Counted from the stretch's first letter, positions 26,441 to 40,869 are shown. The stretch is 64,000 nt of DNA from Eledone cirrhosa (GCA_964016885.1 OZ024743.1:43958001-44022000), one strand, 5' to 3'. Notes: a model not told the origin generated them from the letters alone. Translations and numbers: made by a program.

Positions 26441-27326
26441 TTTCCCAATGTGTAGAAAACTTATAATGAAACGATCGTTTGGAAAGAGAGATGTATTTTA
26501 ATTATGTGTCATATAAAATAATACAACTGGCTATCCGCAAAATACGTATAATTGGGATTATACTAAGGTATATCCTAATGTTTGTTGAGTGAGACGGAAG
26601 CCGGTCGGAGTATTGCTTAAAGATTTCTCTGTTAATGTATTAAATATTATACTCTTGATTTGGCCAGGGATGAATATTTACAGATACTTTTTAGGTATGA
26701 CTTTCCGTATTTATCCTTTGTATGAAATATTGATTGTTCTTCCGATATCTTATCTCCTATAGCCTAAGAAAATACCTATATGCGTGTATAAATGATACAT
26801 GCATATATTTATTTTTTATATCGAATTGAGTTCTTCACGCATGGTTAACATTATTGAAAGAATTATTTGACCCGCTATGGCCCCCCCTTTCCGTTTGATG
26901 GCAGTGTGAGATTTCTCATTGTGAGACTGCTGGAATTTCAAATTTGGCGGTCATTCTAGCACGGAGGGGTACCATCGCTGGACATTAATATCGGTAAGGT
27001 TTTTTTTATATCGATATTTGTCGTGCATCCACTGATGATTTATAAGTGCCCACCTACAAATATTACTACAGACTATGTGTAGGCTTCTACATAACCAGGA
27101 CATTGTTTTCCCAATTTGTAGAAAACTTATGATGAAACGATCGTTTGGAAAGAGTGATGTGTTTTAATTATGTCTCATATAAAATAATACAACTGGCTAT
27201 CCGCAAAATACCTATAGTTAGCACCTCAAACGTATAATTGGGATTATACTAAGGTATATCCTAATGTTTGTTGAGTGAGACGGAAGCCGGTCGGAGTATT
27301 GCTTAAAGCTTTCTCTGTTAATGTAT

Positions 27327-27332
<6 letters not shown>
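26438..27332 (+). mobile_element. Non-coding HHR-delimited element, ~666-nt unit present as ~1.3 tandem copies in (TA)n
   Basis: Direct repeat 26441-26648 / 27107-27332. Predicted cleavage sites after 26479 and 27145. No ORF. Confidence 0.8.
27028..27149 (+). ncRNA. Type I hammerhead with a 95-nt branched stem II
   Basis: TCCA CTGATGA T TTATAAGT [CCTACA..TGTAGG, TTCTACA..TGTAGAA] ACTTATGA T GAAA CGATCG TT TGGA. Confidence 0.8.
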
Positions 27333-27374
<42 letters not shown>

Positions 27375-27375
<1 letters not shown>

Positions 27376-27828
27376 CAAACGTATATATTGAGTGAGAAAC
27401 ACAAAATACTCTCTTACAATATTAAATAGCTCAAGGAAAGAAATGTTTTCGAGCCGTGTAATTGAATATAAAAGAGAGATAAAAACAGATATATACATAT
27501 GTGTGTTCAAATCGTTCGAGACCAGAATCGCTAGGATGAACAAATTACTAACTATGAACAATAGTGTTTGTCAGACGTAATTTAAAGGAATAAATTAAGT
27601 AACAAATATACAAACCGAAATTGTGATAACTATCAGACACCCAAACAGCTTTTGGTAATACTGTTTCGCAATTTAGTGATAGGGAATTCCCAATTCTATT
27701 GCGTATCACTGGGTGTGGAAATTAGTAAACCCTTCACTTCTAATTATCTCAAAAGAATCTGGTCTATTACGATTTGAATACATATATGTATATATCTGTG
27801 TTTATCTTTCTTTTATATTAACTTATAT
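27375..27828. mobile_element. Fold-back module with an HHR-like fold on minus (27637-27716)
   Basis: Inverted arms ~27460-27530 and ~27755-27827. Minus strand reads ACACCCA GTGATAC GCAAT..ATTGC GAAA CAG..CTG TT TGGGTGT. Confidence 0.65.
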
Positions 27829-27839
27829 ATATATATACA

Positions 27840-27956
27840 CAGGAAAATGTTTGACCCCGTCGGGGTCAAACGTTTTCCTGTTACCCGCTCTACTACCCCA
27901 AATATGAGTACTCTGGTGCGTTATGGTCCATATGGTTCCTTACCACATCTCGTTCG

Positions 27957-27960
<4 letters not shown>
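27840..27960 (+). mobile_element. Family E module with a 19-bp terminal hairpin
   Basis: CAGGAAAATGTTTGACCCC GTC GGGGTCAAACGTTTTCCTG, then a tail shared with 44117-44216 and 48525-48620. Confidence 0.8.
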
Positions 27961-28011
<51 letters not shown>

Positions 28012-28018
<7 letters not shown>

Positions 28019-28714
28019 ACTAGAAATTGATTAACATATAAGTAAACATGAATAATCACAGGAGATAATTTTTACAAGTGTGTAACCACACATAGCTAGG
28101 TAGGTAACTAACTAAAGTTGACCAGAACTTCAAAAATAGATACCTTATAATATGATTAATCTTCCCTGTCTATATTCCATTAAAGGAATATATTTCACTA
28201 ATTAATTGGATGGTAAACCACGGAAGTGGAGACTTGGATTTTCAACAAGGAAGAAGTTCCAGCGATCCGTGTTTACACTTCAAGTTCAAATCAGCGACTG
28301 GCCAGCAACACGTGGTATATCTATTAGAAATACACACATCATACTAGCTTCGTCCCAGTGGCGTGAATAGGGTTATCGACAACTTCCGTGGTTTACCATC
28401 CGATTAATTGGTGAAATATATTTCTTTAATGGAATATATACAGGGAAGATTAATCATAAGGTATCTATTTTTGAAGTTCTGGTCAACTTTATTTAGTTAC
28501 CTACCTAGCTATGTGTGGTTACACACTTGTAAAAATTATCTCCTGTGATTATTCATGTTTATTTATATGTTAATCAATTTCTAGTTATTATAAAATCCTC
28601 GGACCTACTCTTTAGAATCTTAGAGCTTATTTTGCGGGTGATATGGCGCATGTTTTTTTGGCGTGACACCCATAATTTTGATTTAAATTAAATTCATTTG
28701 ATTTATCTTAATTT

Positions 28715-28718
<4 letters not shown>
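28012..28718. mobile_element. Large fold-back module in (TA)n
   Basis: ~215-bp inverted arms 28012-28227 and 28382-28592 around a ~155-nt spacer, plus a unique tail. Confidence 0.9.
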
Positions 28719-28785
<67 letters not shown>

Positions 28786-28787
<2 letters not shown>

Positions 28788-29420
28788 GTTATTCCGGGTT
28801 GATCGGAGGTAACTACAGTAAGTAAGGTACTCAATACATTGCAGAGTATAAAAGTTTTAATATAGATGAGATTCTACAGGACTAGAACTGTTTCATTCTT
28901 TAGAAATCATCAGTAATCTGGGTATCAAAAAATAACTATGGTATTTATAGGTCTCTTCAAGTGGTAGGAGAGGATAGGGAGTGGGATGGGTGTAGGTCAT
29001 TGGTTGATAGAAAAGGGAATTCATTAAAAGCTAATTCTACAAAGCTATAGTTTATTTTTATTTTTAGAGTAACAAAGGCAGAAATAATTCTATAAACAGG
29101 TTCAGGATGGGGTGCCACTCCTTATTATTAAGTTCCTCTTAAGCTAACAGGTGTATATAAGATAGGTGGGGGTCAGTCATGGTTGATAGATTTAAAGGAA
29201 AGGGATATTCTTTAAAAGCTAAATTCTTTAAGGTTCTACTAAGTGAAAAAGGTTTAGAGAATTCTGTAGACAAATTCAAAATATTGAGTGCATATCATAA
29301 AATTATCTTCAAATTTCTCTTAAACTATTCAACTATATGACAAAAATCAACAGACACATTCAGAAACACACTCACTCACACACAGGCATGCACCCATAAA
29401 CACACACACATACACATATA
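28786..29420 (-). mobile_element. Family F pLTR-like module with an HHR at 28869-28919
   Basis: Minus strand reads AGATTA CTGATGA TTTCTAAAGAAT GAAA CAG TTCTAGTC CTG TA GAATCT. The terminal ~38 nt are repeated at 29537-29575. Confidence 0.8.
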
Positions 29421-29423
29421 CGT

Positions 29424-29536
<113 letters not shown>

Positions 29537-29574
29537 CGTTATTCCGGGTTGAATCGGAGGTAACTACAGTAAGT

Positions 29575-31404
29575 ACGTTTCGTTGAGGCTTTCCCGTCTT
29601 TCCACCAATGAACGTATTTTCAACGACCATTCCACATATTACTATGAAGCTCTTGCTCGAAGTGGATTTGTCGATAAGGTAGCATATACAGAGTACGATA
29701 ATAGATCTAGAAGTAATAGACCCCGTCGCATGTGTTGGTATAACCCACCATATAATATGGAGGTGGCCACACCATTAGCTAAGATCTTTCTTTCCCTTAT
29801 TACGAAGCATTTTCCCCCTACACATAAATATAGTAACATTTTTAATAGAAATACTATTAAAATTTCTTACTCTATGACTCCTAACCTTGCACATAACATC
29901 ACAGCTTCAAATTTAGCTAAACTACCTAGCCGTAGAAACACGTGCAACCCTGTAGTTAGTACTAACTGTAATTGCAAGAATCGGGCTGATTGCCCCATTC
30001 TGGGAAATGCCTCTCTAGTAACATTGTCTACAAATGTAAGGTTGTAATACCCATGTCCCGTAGGGCCTACATAGGGTTAACCGCCAATAGATTCAAGCAG
30101 CGTCTTTACATGCATACCCATTCTTTTCGTTACCCTCTAAGAAGGAATATGACGTCACTTTCAGCTTATATCTGGAGTCTAAAAGACAACCACACCCAAT
30201 ATAAGTTACACTGGGAGATCCTAGCTAGGGCTAGATCGTATAACGGAAATAAAAGACCATGTGACCTCTGCGCCGCTGAGGCCCTGGAAATACTCTACGC
30301 CACAGGCCACTTCTTAAACAAAACATCTGAGGCAATTTCGGCTTGTAAACATAAATTGCACAAAACTTTCCTGTATTACAGCCCCACGTTATACCATAAC
30401 GGATACTACGATCTATACGTGGATATTTTACGTCTTGATGTGGGAGCTAAGTATATGTTTTCTTTATACCTTTACTTATTTGCATAGGTAAGTATATATT
30501 ACCCGTATGTTTTGTGAAGGTACGTATACCTTCTCGTACGCATATTTGATTGGTATGGCGTATAATTGTATATATTCTGGTACATATGGCTATGTGTATA
30601 CGGGAGATTTGCGTCTGTGTGAGTATGCAGGTTCGTACGTATGGCGGGTGTGTGTATACGTGTACTTCATGTTTTGTTTGACTTGCGTCTCCGAACATTC
30701 GTGTGATTATATGATGGTATGTGTGTGCGCTTGTTATATACGTATTTATTTATTTATATATGTTTATATAATTATTTATTTATTTGTATACACGCATATA
30801 CACACACACACATATTTATATGTGCGGGGTTTTGTATACCTATGGTAAGTTTTTGCGTATGCTGGTGCATGTACGTATTTGTTTGCGTGTATGTATTTAT
30901 TTATTTCTATTACTTCTGTATTGTATTTATTTACTTTGTTCTTAACTCTGTAGCGGTGATTCATTTGGGCTCCTTGTTAGAATTTTAGTCTACAACTTCT
31001 GCTATACCATTTACGTGGTTTTGTCTTTGCGTGCAATTGTTCTCCACGCTCCACATATGACGTATTATCTTCGTTTTTTCGTTCATTGCCAGAGAACGTC
31101 TCTATGCACCACCTAAGAGAACATTAGTCTACGACCTCTTTTATACCATAAAAGTGGTTTTGTCTTTGCGCGTAATTGTTTTTCACCGCTCCTATTAATG
31201 ACGTATTATTCGTTTTTTCCCGTTCTTTGCCTGCGAACGTTACCACGAACCACAGTATCGTCTTCCTGTCTTCCTCCGGTTGCAACGTTTTTTGAAATAT
31301 CCATTTCTGCGTTTACAGATTGACTTTGTTAGTTTCAGAAGATCCCGTTAAATGTGAAAGCAGCGATTCTTTGCTTAAACTTTAATCTGTTATTTTAATA
31401 AATA
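29575..31404 (+). mobile_element. Penelope-like element 2 (RT thumb, linker, GIY-YIG and 3' region with HHR)
   Basis: [59 protein letters not shown] and CDLCAAE, with a frameshift near 30000. A ~139-nt tandem duplication at 30986-31240. Ends with an HHR and AATAAA. Confidence 0.92.
31315..31390 (+). ncRNA. Type I hammerhead with U4A core (CAGAAGA), family C
   Basis: ACAGATTGA..AGTTT CAGAAGA TCCCGTTAAATGT GAAA GCA..TGC TT AAACT TTAATCTGT, with an extended stem I. Confidence 0.7.
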
Positions 31405-31414
31405 TATATAAATA

Positions 31415-31622
31415 TATATATAGCTTTCACCGTATTTTTGACGAAAGGAATTTTAGCTTGATAACGGGGTTTAGAACCCTCAGATAAATACTCATCTTTT
31501 TCCATTTATCTGAGGGTTCTAAACCCGAGTTATCAAGCTAAAATTCCTTTAGTCAAAAATACGGTGAAAGCTATATATTTTTTAATTTCAAACTCGCTCA
31601 CTGTTTTCAAAACTTACTTACT

Positions 31623-31625
<3 letters not shown>
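31415..31625. mobile_element. Fold-back module in (TA)n
   Basis: ~75-bp near-perfect inverted arms 31415-31489 and 31504-31580, plus a short tail. Confidence 0.9.
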
Positions 31626-33180
<1,555 letters not shown>

Positions 33181-33354
33181 AATTAGTACTCAATAAATAT
33201 ACGCATATAGACAGGCACATAAAAACAGCTCTACAGGCAGAAAATGCAGATAGCTAAGAAGTACTCACATAACCATAGTGGCCGTATTTCAGGTTGAGGA
33301 GGGGTGGGGGTGGTATGGGAAGGAAGTATAGGGGCTAATAGGAGGAGGTCCTTT

Positions 33355-34612
33355 TTAGCCATCGGGCTTTAACACTGGCTTAAAGTATTTGAAAGTTGCA
33401 AAGTTCTTGTGCATGCAGTTCGGGCAGTGTTCGGAGAGTTTGTTCAGTAGCGGGCCCTTGGCGAATAACATTTCGTAGCTCCCTGAGAGACAAAGGTCGC
33501 AGCCCTTGTGTCCTCCGTTGTAATATCGCGCTTGCTGGAGTATTTTCCATTTAAGCGTGAAGGGGGTGGAATTCCTTTTGAGGTCCCAAACATAGGAGGC
33601 GAGTGTTGTCTGGTTTGATTTGTCCGGTCTTCTGAAGGAGTGGGTATGGGCATACCAACGGGTCTTAATATTGTTGGAGGTCATGCCGATGTTTTTTTTT
33701 TGTTATTGCAATCATCGTTGCCTGAGATGACATCGCATTTGTATACGATATCATTTGTGAGGTATTTGTTTTCAAGTGGGCATGCTTCCTTATTTAGGCA
33801 ATTACACACAGCCCCAGTCCGGGGATTGGGTTCTGAGGTGGTTGGCTTATTTAATTTTTTAGAATTGTGGTTGGCTATATTCCTAGCTAGGTTAGGTGTG
33901 GTGGAGTAGGAGAGTCTTATTGTGTTCTTATTAAAGATGGTGTGGTACCTATGTTGTATGAGGAAGTGCAATTTCAGCAAAGTGAAGAAAATCCTAGCTA
34001 TCGGTGTAGAGACCTCTCTATTGAAGGGAGGGTTGTACCAGCTAATCTGCCTATGCCTATTCCTCTGCAATCTTGCGGTGGTTTCTAGGTAGGTTATCTT
34101 TTCTTTAAATCCGCTGCGGGCGAGGGCTTCATTGTAGTAGGAGGCAGAGGCGTTCAAAATATCTTTGTTGGCGGAGAGGCCAGATATTCTAATAGAGACG
34201 CTTTTTACTAGGTTATCAGTGATGTTTTGGGGGTGGTTTGAATTAACATTAATATATCTAAGGGACTCGTTAGGTTTGTGGTACGGGTAATAGAGGGAAG
34301 TATCTAGGTCGAGATTGACATCTAAGAAGTTGGTCCTAGTCAAATTAGATTCTATAGTTATACTAAATCCTAGATTAGAGAAGAACGAGCTTAAGTTTTT
34401 CCGAAACCCATCAGTGGTTCTGGGGTTAACCTTATGCAGGGCGAAGAGGCCGTCGTCTCGGTATAAACCTCCGGTTAGGCCGGTAAAGAGGTTCTTCAGG
34501 TGATGTAGGATGTACAAGCCCACAAGGTCGCGAATTTCAGCCGAGTCACTCGCTCCCATGCTAACGTCAAATGGGGTCTGAGATTTCTTGTTGATCCCCA
34601 GTAAGATCCATC
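33355..34612 (-). mobile_element. Penelope-like element 3 (RT core to GIY-YIG), 5'-truncated
   Basis: FDVSMGASDSAEI.DLVGLYIL, GLYRDDGL, NFLDVNLDL, PYHKPN...YINVNSNHP, WYNPPF, IVYKC and GMTSNNIKTRWYAH, with a frameshift at the poly-T near 33695. Confidence 0.95.
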
Positions 34613-34648
34613 GTGGTATATAAATACCATACTTATTTTTTGATACCC

Positions 34649-34699
34649 AGATTCCTGATGATTTCTAAAGAATGAAACAATTCTAGTCCCGTAGAATCT
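34649..34699 (+). ncRNA. Type I hammerhead, family F, inverted at the 5' truncation point of PLE 3
   Basis: AGATTC CTGATGA TTTCTAAAGAAT GAAA C AATTCTAGTCCC G TA GAATCT. Confidence 0.85.
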
Positions 34700-34708
34700 C
34701 ATCTATAT

Positions 34709-34739
<31 letters not shown>

Positions 34740-34766
34740 ATTTATATATATATATATATATATATA

Positions 34767-34825
34767 TGAAAAGGGTCATGACGCTGACGGCTGAGCTCCG
34801 GCCATTTCGACAGCTAGATATATCT
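34767..34825 (-). repeat. Diverged family E HHR 3'-half fragment
   Basis: GACGGCTGAGCTCCGGCCATTTCGAC resembles 44042-44066. Confidence 0.6.
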
Positions 34826-36364
34826 GTATGTGCGTGTGTGTATGAGTGTGTGTGTGTGCGTGTATGTGTATTCGTATATGTGTTTATATGTGTGCGTGGG
34901 TGTAGGTAACTGAGTTTTACTGTTACATATATCGTTTTATAAATACGCAGTATAAAATAAAATTGCTTAAGTTTAATATGACCTGGCGTGTACGGAAAAG
35001 AGACTAAGCTAGAAATCAACAATCCCTAGTGATGTTATATATAATTCCCATTATGTTAATACCGGTATATATGTCAAGTATTTGTAACTAGTGATTATGT
35101 TCCTAAACGATATATCGAAGTCTCAAACCATTTTACCATAATTAAATCTGTGAGAGTCAACGAAATGTTGAGAAGAATTTAATATATAGCTATTGTTTGC
35201 AAACGAACTCAAACACCGACAGTGTTGGACGCAATATTAGTAATATATAGGAAGATAATGTAATGTTTATGTATAATATTACATTTGATATAAATTGATC
35301 GGGAAAGAATTCTTTTATTTAAAACTACTGGGAAAATTATAGGTTTTTAGCACTTCTTTCATAAATAATATTGCCGTTCAATATATTTAAAAAATAATCT
35401 TATTCCATCAATATAATCTTTTGAAAATGTCTTTCGAGAGATATCGTTAAAAAATTGAAAAAGTTGAGTTAATATTTTTTTACTTATTTATTAATTTTTA
35501 CATACATCAATAAACATTAGATTGTGTATTCCCAATATAAATATGTCAGCATTTAGCAAAGTAGAATTCATATTTGAGTAAAACACTTCCATTATTACTT
35601 TTTTCCTTACGTTATCACTACTATTCTATATGGCGTAATGTTATATCTTTATTCTAAATATTACTGATTGTTATTTACACTAAAAGAGAGGGTTATACAA
35701 AAAATGTCTGAATATATATATATATATATGTATATATAAATATATATGTGTGTGTTGGTGGCCTCTCTATCCGCAATCTTTACGGCACGTTTTTACCACC
35801 GTCGTAAAAAAAACCTTCTGGATTATCTCCCTTTCCCTTCTCCTCCCTTTTGGTTGCCAGTGTCTCTCTCTCACTTTCTCCTGTCTATACGAGAGGCAAC
35901 ACGATTATACCAACTCTGAGTCGTAGCTGATCACCAGGCTAAAGTCTCCCTGGTTGGCCACAACTTACTTTCCCTATTTTTCCACGGTTACTTTTTTGCA
36001 TGTTTCGTTCACCTGTGTATTCCCACGATGGTACCTGTACACTTTTTTTCTTCCATTCCTTTCCTATATTTCCCCCTCTGCCTCTCTCCTCATCTTTCAC
36101 CCCCTGTTTTTCCCTCCTTTCTCTCTCTTTCCTTTTCTCTCTCCTTTTGTTCTCTATTTTCCTCTCTTCTTTTCCACCTGGTCTTTTGATTAATAAAAGG
36201 CCTCGGGCGCACCCGAACTACATCGATGTCCTGTAATTCGGGATACATCCGCAGATGACGTGGAAACTCCTTTCTTCCTCTCTCCTCCTGTTCCGTCCTA
36301 ACCACCATGCTAATCCTTGTTTTCAGTAACCACACAGCCCCATTCGGTTCATAACTTTTTGTAT

Positions 36365-36395
<31 letters not shown>

Positions 36396-36504
36396 TTTAA
36401 GAGAAAATACTCTTTCAAGGAGCATGTGCTTTCGAAACTACGGAGAATAATTAGCTAAATTGAAACGTATATTTTTTAATTCCCTCTAATATGCAATGCG
36501 CTCG

Positions 36505-36587
<83 letters not shown>

Positions 36588-36632
36588 TTTTCTTCTTCTT
36601 CTTCTTCTTCTTCTTCTTCTTCTTCTTCTTCT
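36505..36632. repeat. Compound (GTT)n(GTC)n(TTC)n microsatellite, tail of the adjacent RTE element
   Basis: Direct reading. Confidence 0.95.
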
Positions 36633-36960
36633 TTCGTCTTTGCCGACTTACTCTTGGGTGTCGCTTAGCGACAGGCTCCCAACGCATGCCTTTCAACGGA
36701 TTCTGTCAGAGGCAACTGTCTTCAATTGATCTAGCTGGATCCCGAAGTTCGACCATTGGCACTATTGGATGTAATCTAATTATCCTGCTAGGGGTCGAAC
36801 TCTGGGCTTCCTGCTGGCTCGTTCTGCGGGTAAAATCTGTCCAGCAATTCTTTTCTTAGACATTTCCCTCGTATGCCCGTATGTCCCTATTATCCAAGCT
36901 GTGACTGTCAATTCGGAGAAGTATAGGCTCTACCTAGAGTGTCTCTCTGTACTCCGAGCT
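36633..36960 (-). mobile_element. 3' end of an RTE-type LINE
   Basis: Minus strand reads YGHTREM..RIAGQIL...RKPRVRP...LDYI...LKTVASDRIR, followed by a (GAA)n tail. Degenerate LINE sequence may continue to ~37470. Confidence 0.65.
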
Positions 36961-37816
36961 ACATAATGTCTCACATATCTTTACTACAAAAGGACTAGGA
37001 GCAACACATTTCGACCGCTTGTATTCGCCATTGTATTCCATCGGTCATCACAGATAATTACTGACCATATGTGAATCGGATGCTGACATTGGTGCATTAC
37101 TGCACCAACTCCTGCAATTCCTGCACTTAATTCATCGTTGTTATTCAATGCAATAACTGATGAAGTTATCACTCAATGCAATTAAATATAGATGTTTCAT
37201 TCATTATAAAGATCAATATTGATTCCTGGCATATGCAAATTGCTCCAAATTTGGAAGAATTGTATAATCGATTAAATTTAACAACAGCATTGAACTGATA
37301 CTTTCTGTTATTGACCACAGAAGGTAGAATATAAAATGTTAACTTGGCTGTGAAATAGAATATAACAGTCGATAAGTAAATCACGTTGTATTGATTCTAC
37401 TAATCGCCTATCCTAATTGCGAGTATCCATGGTGTTATTTAGAAACTGAACTTCTTGAAACGTAATTCTAATACGATAAATAATAGAAATAAATATAAGT
37501 TACGCTGCTGTTCCATCCAAGGTATCAGTGCTTCTTCAGCAATTAAAACCGATAGACAATATTCCATCCCAAACATGCAATAACTCTAATATCAGCTGTC
37601 TGGGCCACGGTGTCTCTTATTCTAGGGATTGTATTCAACGATTCCAATAAATAAAAAAAGAAAAGTAAAATAGATTGATCTGAGTGGAAATCTTTTGAAA
37701 AAGGTATTGGTATTATATATGACAAAAAAACGCGCACACACACACACATATATATATATATATACATATATATATAAATGTGTGTGTGTGTGTGTGTATG
37801 TGTCTGTATGTGTGTG

Positions 37817-37853
<37 letters not shown>

Positions 37854-37893
37854 CTGTGTGTGGGGAGGAGGGGGGCTTGTGTGTGTGTGTGTC

Positions 37894-37926
<33 letters not shown>

Positions 37927-40126
37927 TGATAGACAGAAATCAATCTCACCAAAACTTCTTTTTTTAAATCATACTATTAAAAGTTATGAGACCAATTACA
38001 ATCTTGTAACACGCATCTAGAAGGAATAATTCCTCCAAAATTCCTGTCGTTCGTTTCTTGAATATGTGTCTCATTATATTGTATTCGAAAGTAATTTTGA
38101 AGAAGCCAGAGGAATTGGTGAATACTCACTTATATTGAAGCTTGTTGAGGAATCTTTCGGTTGGAACAATTATTTCCCCACATAATGAACTTGCAATAAC
38201 TTGCGAGATGGTTACATACTGCGAAAATATCATTGCGTTCCTGCATTAATATGAGTTAACAATAGACATTCTCTTTATTTCTGTTTTTGTATTTTCTTAT
38301 AAAGAAGTCATATACGACGTGTTTTTCCCATCGACAGACATGTATCGCGTTCTACTTAAGATTATTGAATAGATGGTCGTGTGACACGTTTTGTTTTGTT
38401 GCCTTTTGCAATTACTAAAACCTTCAAGGTTAATCTGATTGTGATGTTATTACAAAGAATGCTTGCTTAGATAATGTCACACTGTGATAATGTCATCTTG
38501 TGCTGCGTTAGTAATCGGCTCAGTAAACCTCGAAAAAACGTTACAAAATCTGTCGCTCGTAATGATATATACAAAGTCTATTTAAAATATTGAGTAAACG
38601 CATAACACAGAACCACAAACGTCCACATACTTACACACTCACACTCACTATGCCTATCTGTAAGCATACATAAGATATCAGGAATTGTCTTTACTTATAT
38701 ATCAAGTGTATCCTTTCATTTAATACTGTTAGACTTACTGAAATAAATATTTAAATCGGCAGTATAAGTAAATTGTATAGCATTATTATAATAGTTTTAT
38801 AAACAATAAACAGACAATTACTGACATACATGTAAATCATATTATATATATATATGTGTGGGGGGTGGGGGTGGGTCTACTTGTGTGTATGCGTATGTGT
38901 ATGTTACCATACCATAAATTAGTGGTTTGACGAAACGAGATCAATAAATTGAATACCAAACTTGAGAAAAAGCAATACTGGGGTCAGTAGATTTGACAAA
39001 GACCCTTTCAAGCCGGAGCCTCCAGCATGCCTGAAAGATGAAAAAGAAAATGGTATTATTACAGGACAGTTTTAGGTCTATTGATCTATGTACCGTGTTT
39101 AACCTTACTGTGTCATTTGTGTATGTTTCTCTGTTATTTCTTCTTTCTATTTTGTCTTTGTCGTGTATCACTGGAGCTGTATTACGTTCTCCTATATTAT
39201 GTAATCACTAGCAGAAAAAAATCCTTCGGGTGGTTTTCTGCTAGCATGTGTAGTGTGCATATTGATATTATATGCAAATATATATACATGTAGATATGAT
39301 ACATCAAATAAAATCGTAATTCACAATATCCACAGAAATTGAAGAGAATCTGTGTTTTACTGTCTTATGTAATCAGTAAAGTAATCTATGATACATTAAA
39401 AGAAGACGATATTATATATAAACTGCTTTAGGAAAAAAATTAGTGATGGAAATATATGAATGTTTATATTTGCGATCGCTAATCGGAAGTGTAGACATTT
39501 AACAATTTTAAAGAAGTGAATCTTAAAATAAGCAACAACATTATTTTTATTTCATCAAGAATTACGAAATTTAGTAGATAAATTATGTAATATTCATTCA
39601 TTATTTATTCAAAGTAATCCAACTTATTTTACAAACGGGCTAACCAAATATATTCTGGACGCAATCCCACACTCCTTACTTTATTATAGTTAAGATATAT
39701 CGCTGGGGTTCTCAAATCATGTTCGATTTTAAGCTCTCTATTTCAATTTTAATCTCTCTTCCTAATTTTGATTTTTGTTGGAATAACCTTATACTCATCC
39801 CTTATTCTGTTATTGGTATTGTATATTTTGGAATCGAATATTGAAGTTATACCATATGTCTAGCAATGTATCTTCCGTTGAATACGAAGAGACATGCCTT
39901 TTCACGCGAAGTATTATAACTGTTTGCAGCCGAAGTTCTTCCTACCAACATGTGCTAGCTGTCAATAGCTTACGGATAAAGCTACAATTCGGAGTTACAT
40001 TTGACACCAGCATGTGCCTGGTTGTACCAGCCATGTGGTGTATTTCCGTGACATGGTTTGGCTATCCGGGTTCTATATTGAATTAGTTGCCTACATTGAA
40101 TATTATAACTATTATATTCATCATCA

Positions 40127-40128
40127 TC

Positions 40129-40163
<35 letters not shown>

Positions 40164-40385
40164 CATCAGCAGCAGTAGCAGCAACAATATTAGCAGCAGC
40201 AGCAATGGTAGTATTAGTATTAGTAGTAGTAGCAGCAGCGGTAGTAGTAGTAGTAGCAGAAGTAGTACTAGCAACAACAGTAGCAGCAACAGTATTATAT
40301 AGTAGTAGTAATAGTAGTAGTAGCACAGCAGTAGCAGCAACAGCAGAAGTAGCAGCAGTATTATTATTATTATTATTAGTAGTAG
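40127..40385. repeat. (AGT/AGC)n low-complexity triplet tract
   Basis: Direct reading. Confidence 0.9.
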
Positions 40386-40387
40386 TA

Positions 40388-40790
40388 GGGCGCTGGATTG
40401 GCAGTGTCGGTAGAGGGTCAGACGCCATGCTTTGTAGCAAAGAGTTACGGCCCTTTACGGTCTGAGTTCAAATCCCACCGAGGTTAACTTTGCCATTCAT
40501 TCTTACGGGGTCGATAAAATAAAGTACCAGTAATACACTAGGATAATTGCTGGCCTTGTGCCAAAAGTAGAACCAATTATTATTAGTAGTAGTAGTAGTC
40601 GTAGTACTGGGCAGTATCGGTAGAGGGTCGGACGCCACACTATTTCCAGCATAGTTACGTCCCTTTACGATCTGAGTTCAAATTCCGCCGAGGTTGACTT
40701 TGCCTTTCATCCTTACGGGGTCGATAAAATAAAGTACCAGTAATGCACTGGGGATTTGCTGGCCGTGTGCCTAAAGTAGAAACAATTATT
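40388..40790 (+). mobile_element. Two tandem SINE family 1 copies (40388-40582, 40608-40790) with (TAT/TAG)n tails
   Basis: Both carry the head, B-box-like motif and AAGTACCAG body. Confidence 0.88.
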
Positions 40791-40804
40791 ATTATTATTA
40801 TTAT

Positions 40805-40869
<65 letters not shown>

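Noticed and set aside
35820-36345. GC-richer segment with ORF 36090-36425
   Set aside because: Possibly a LINE 3' end, but no diagnostic motif was found.
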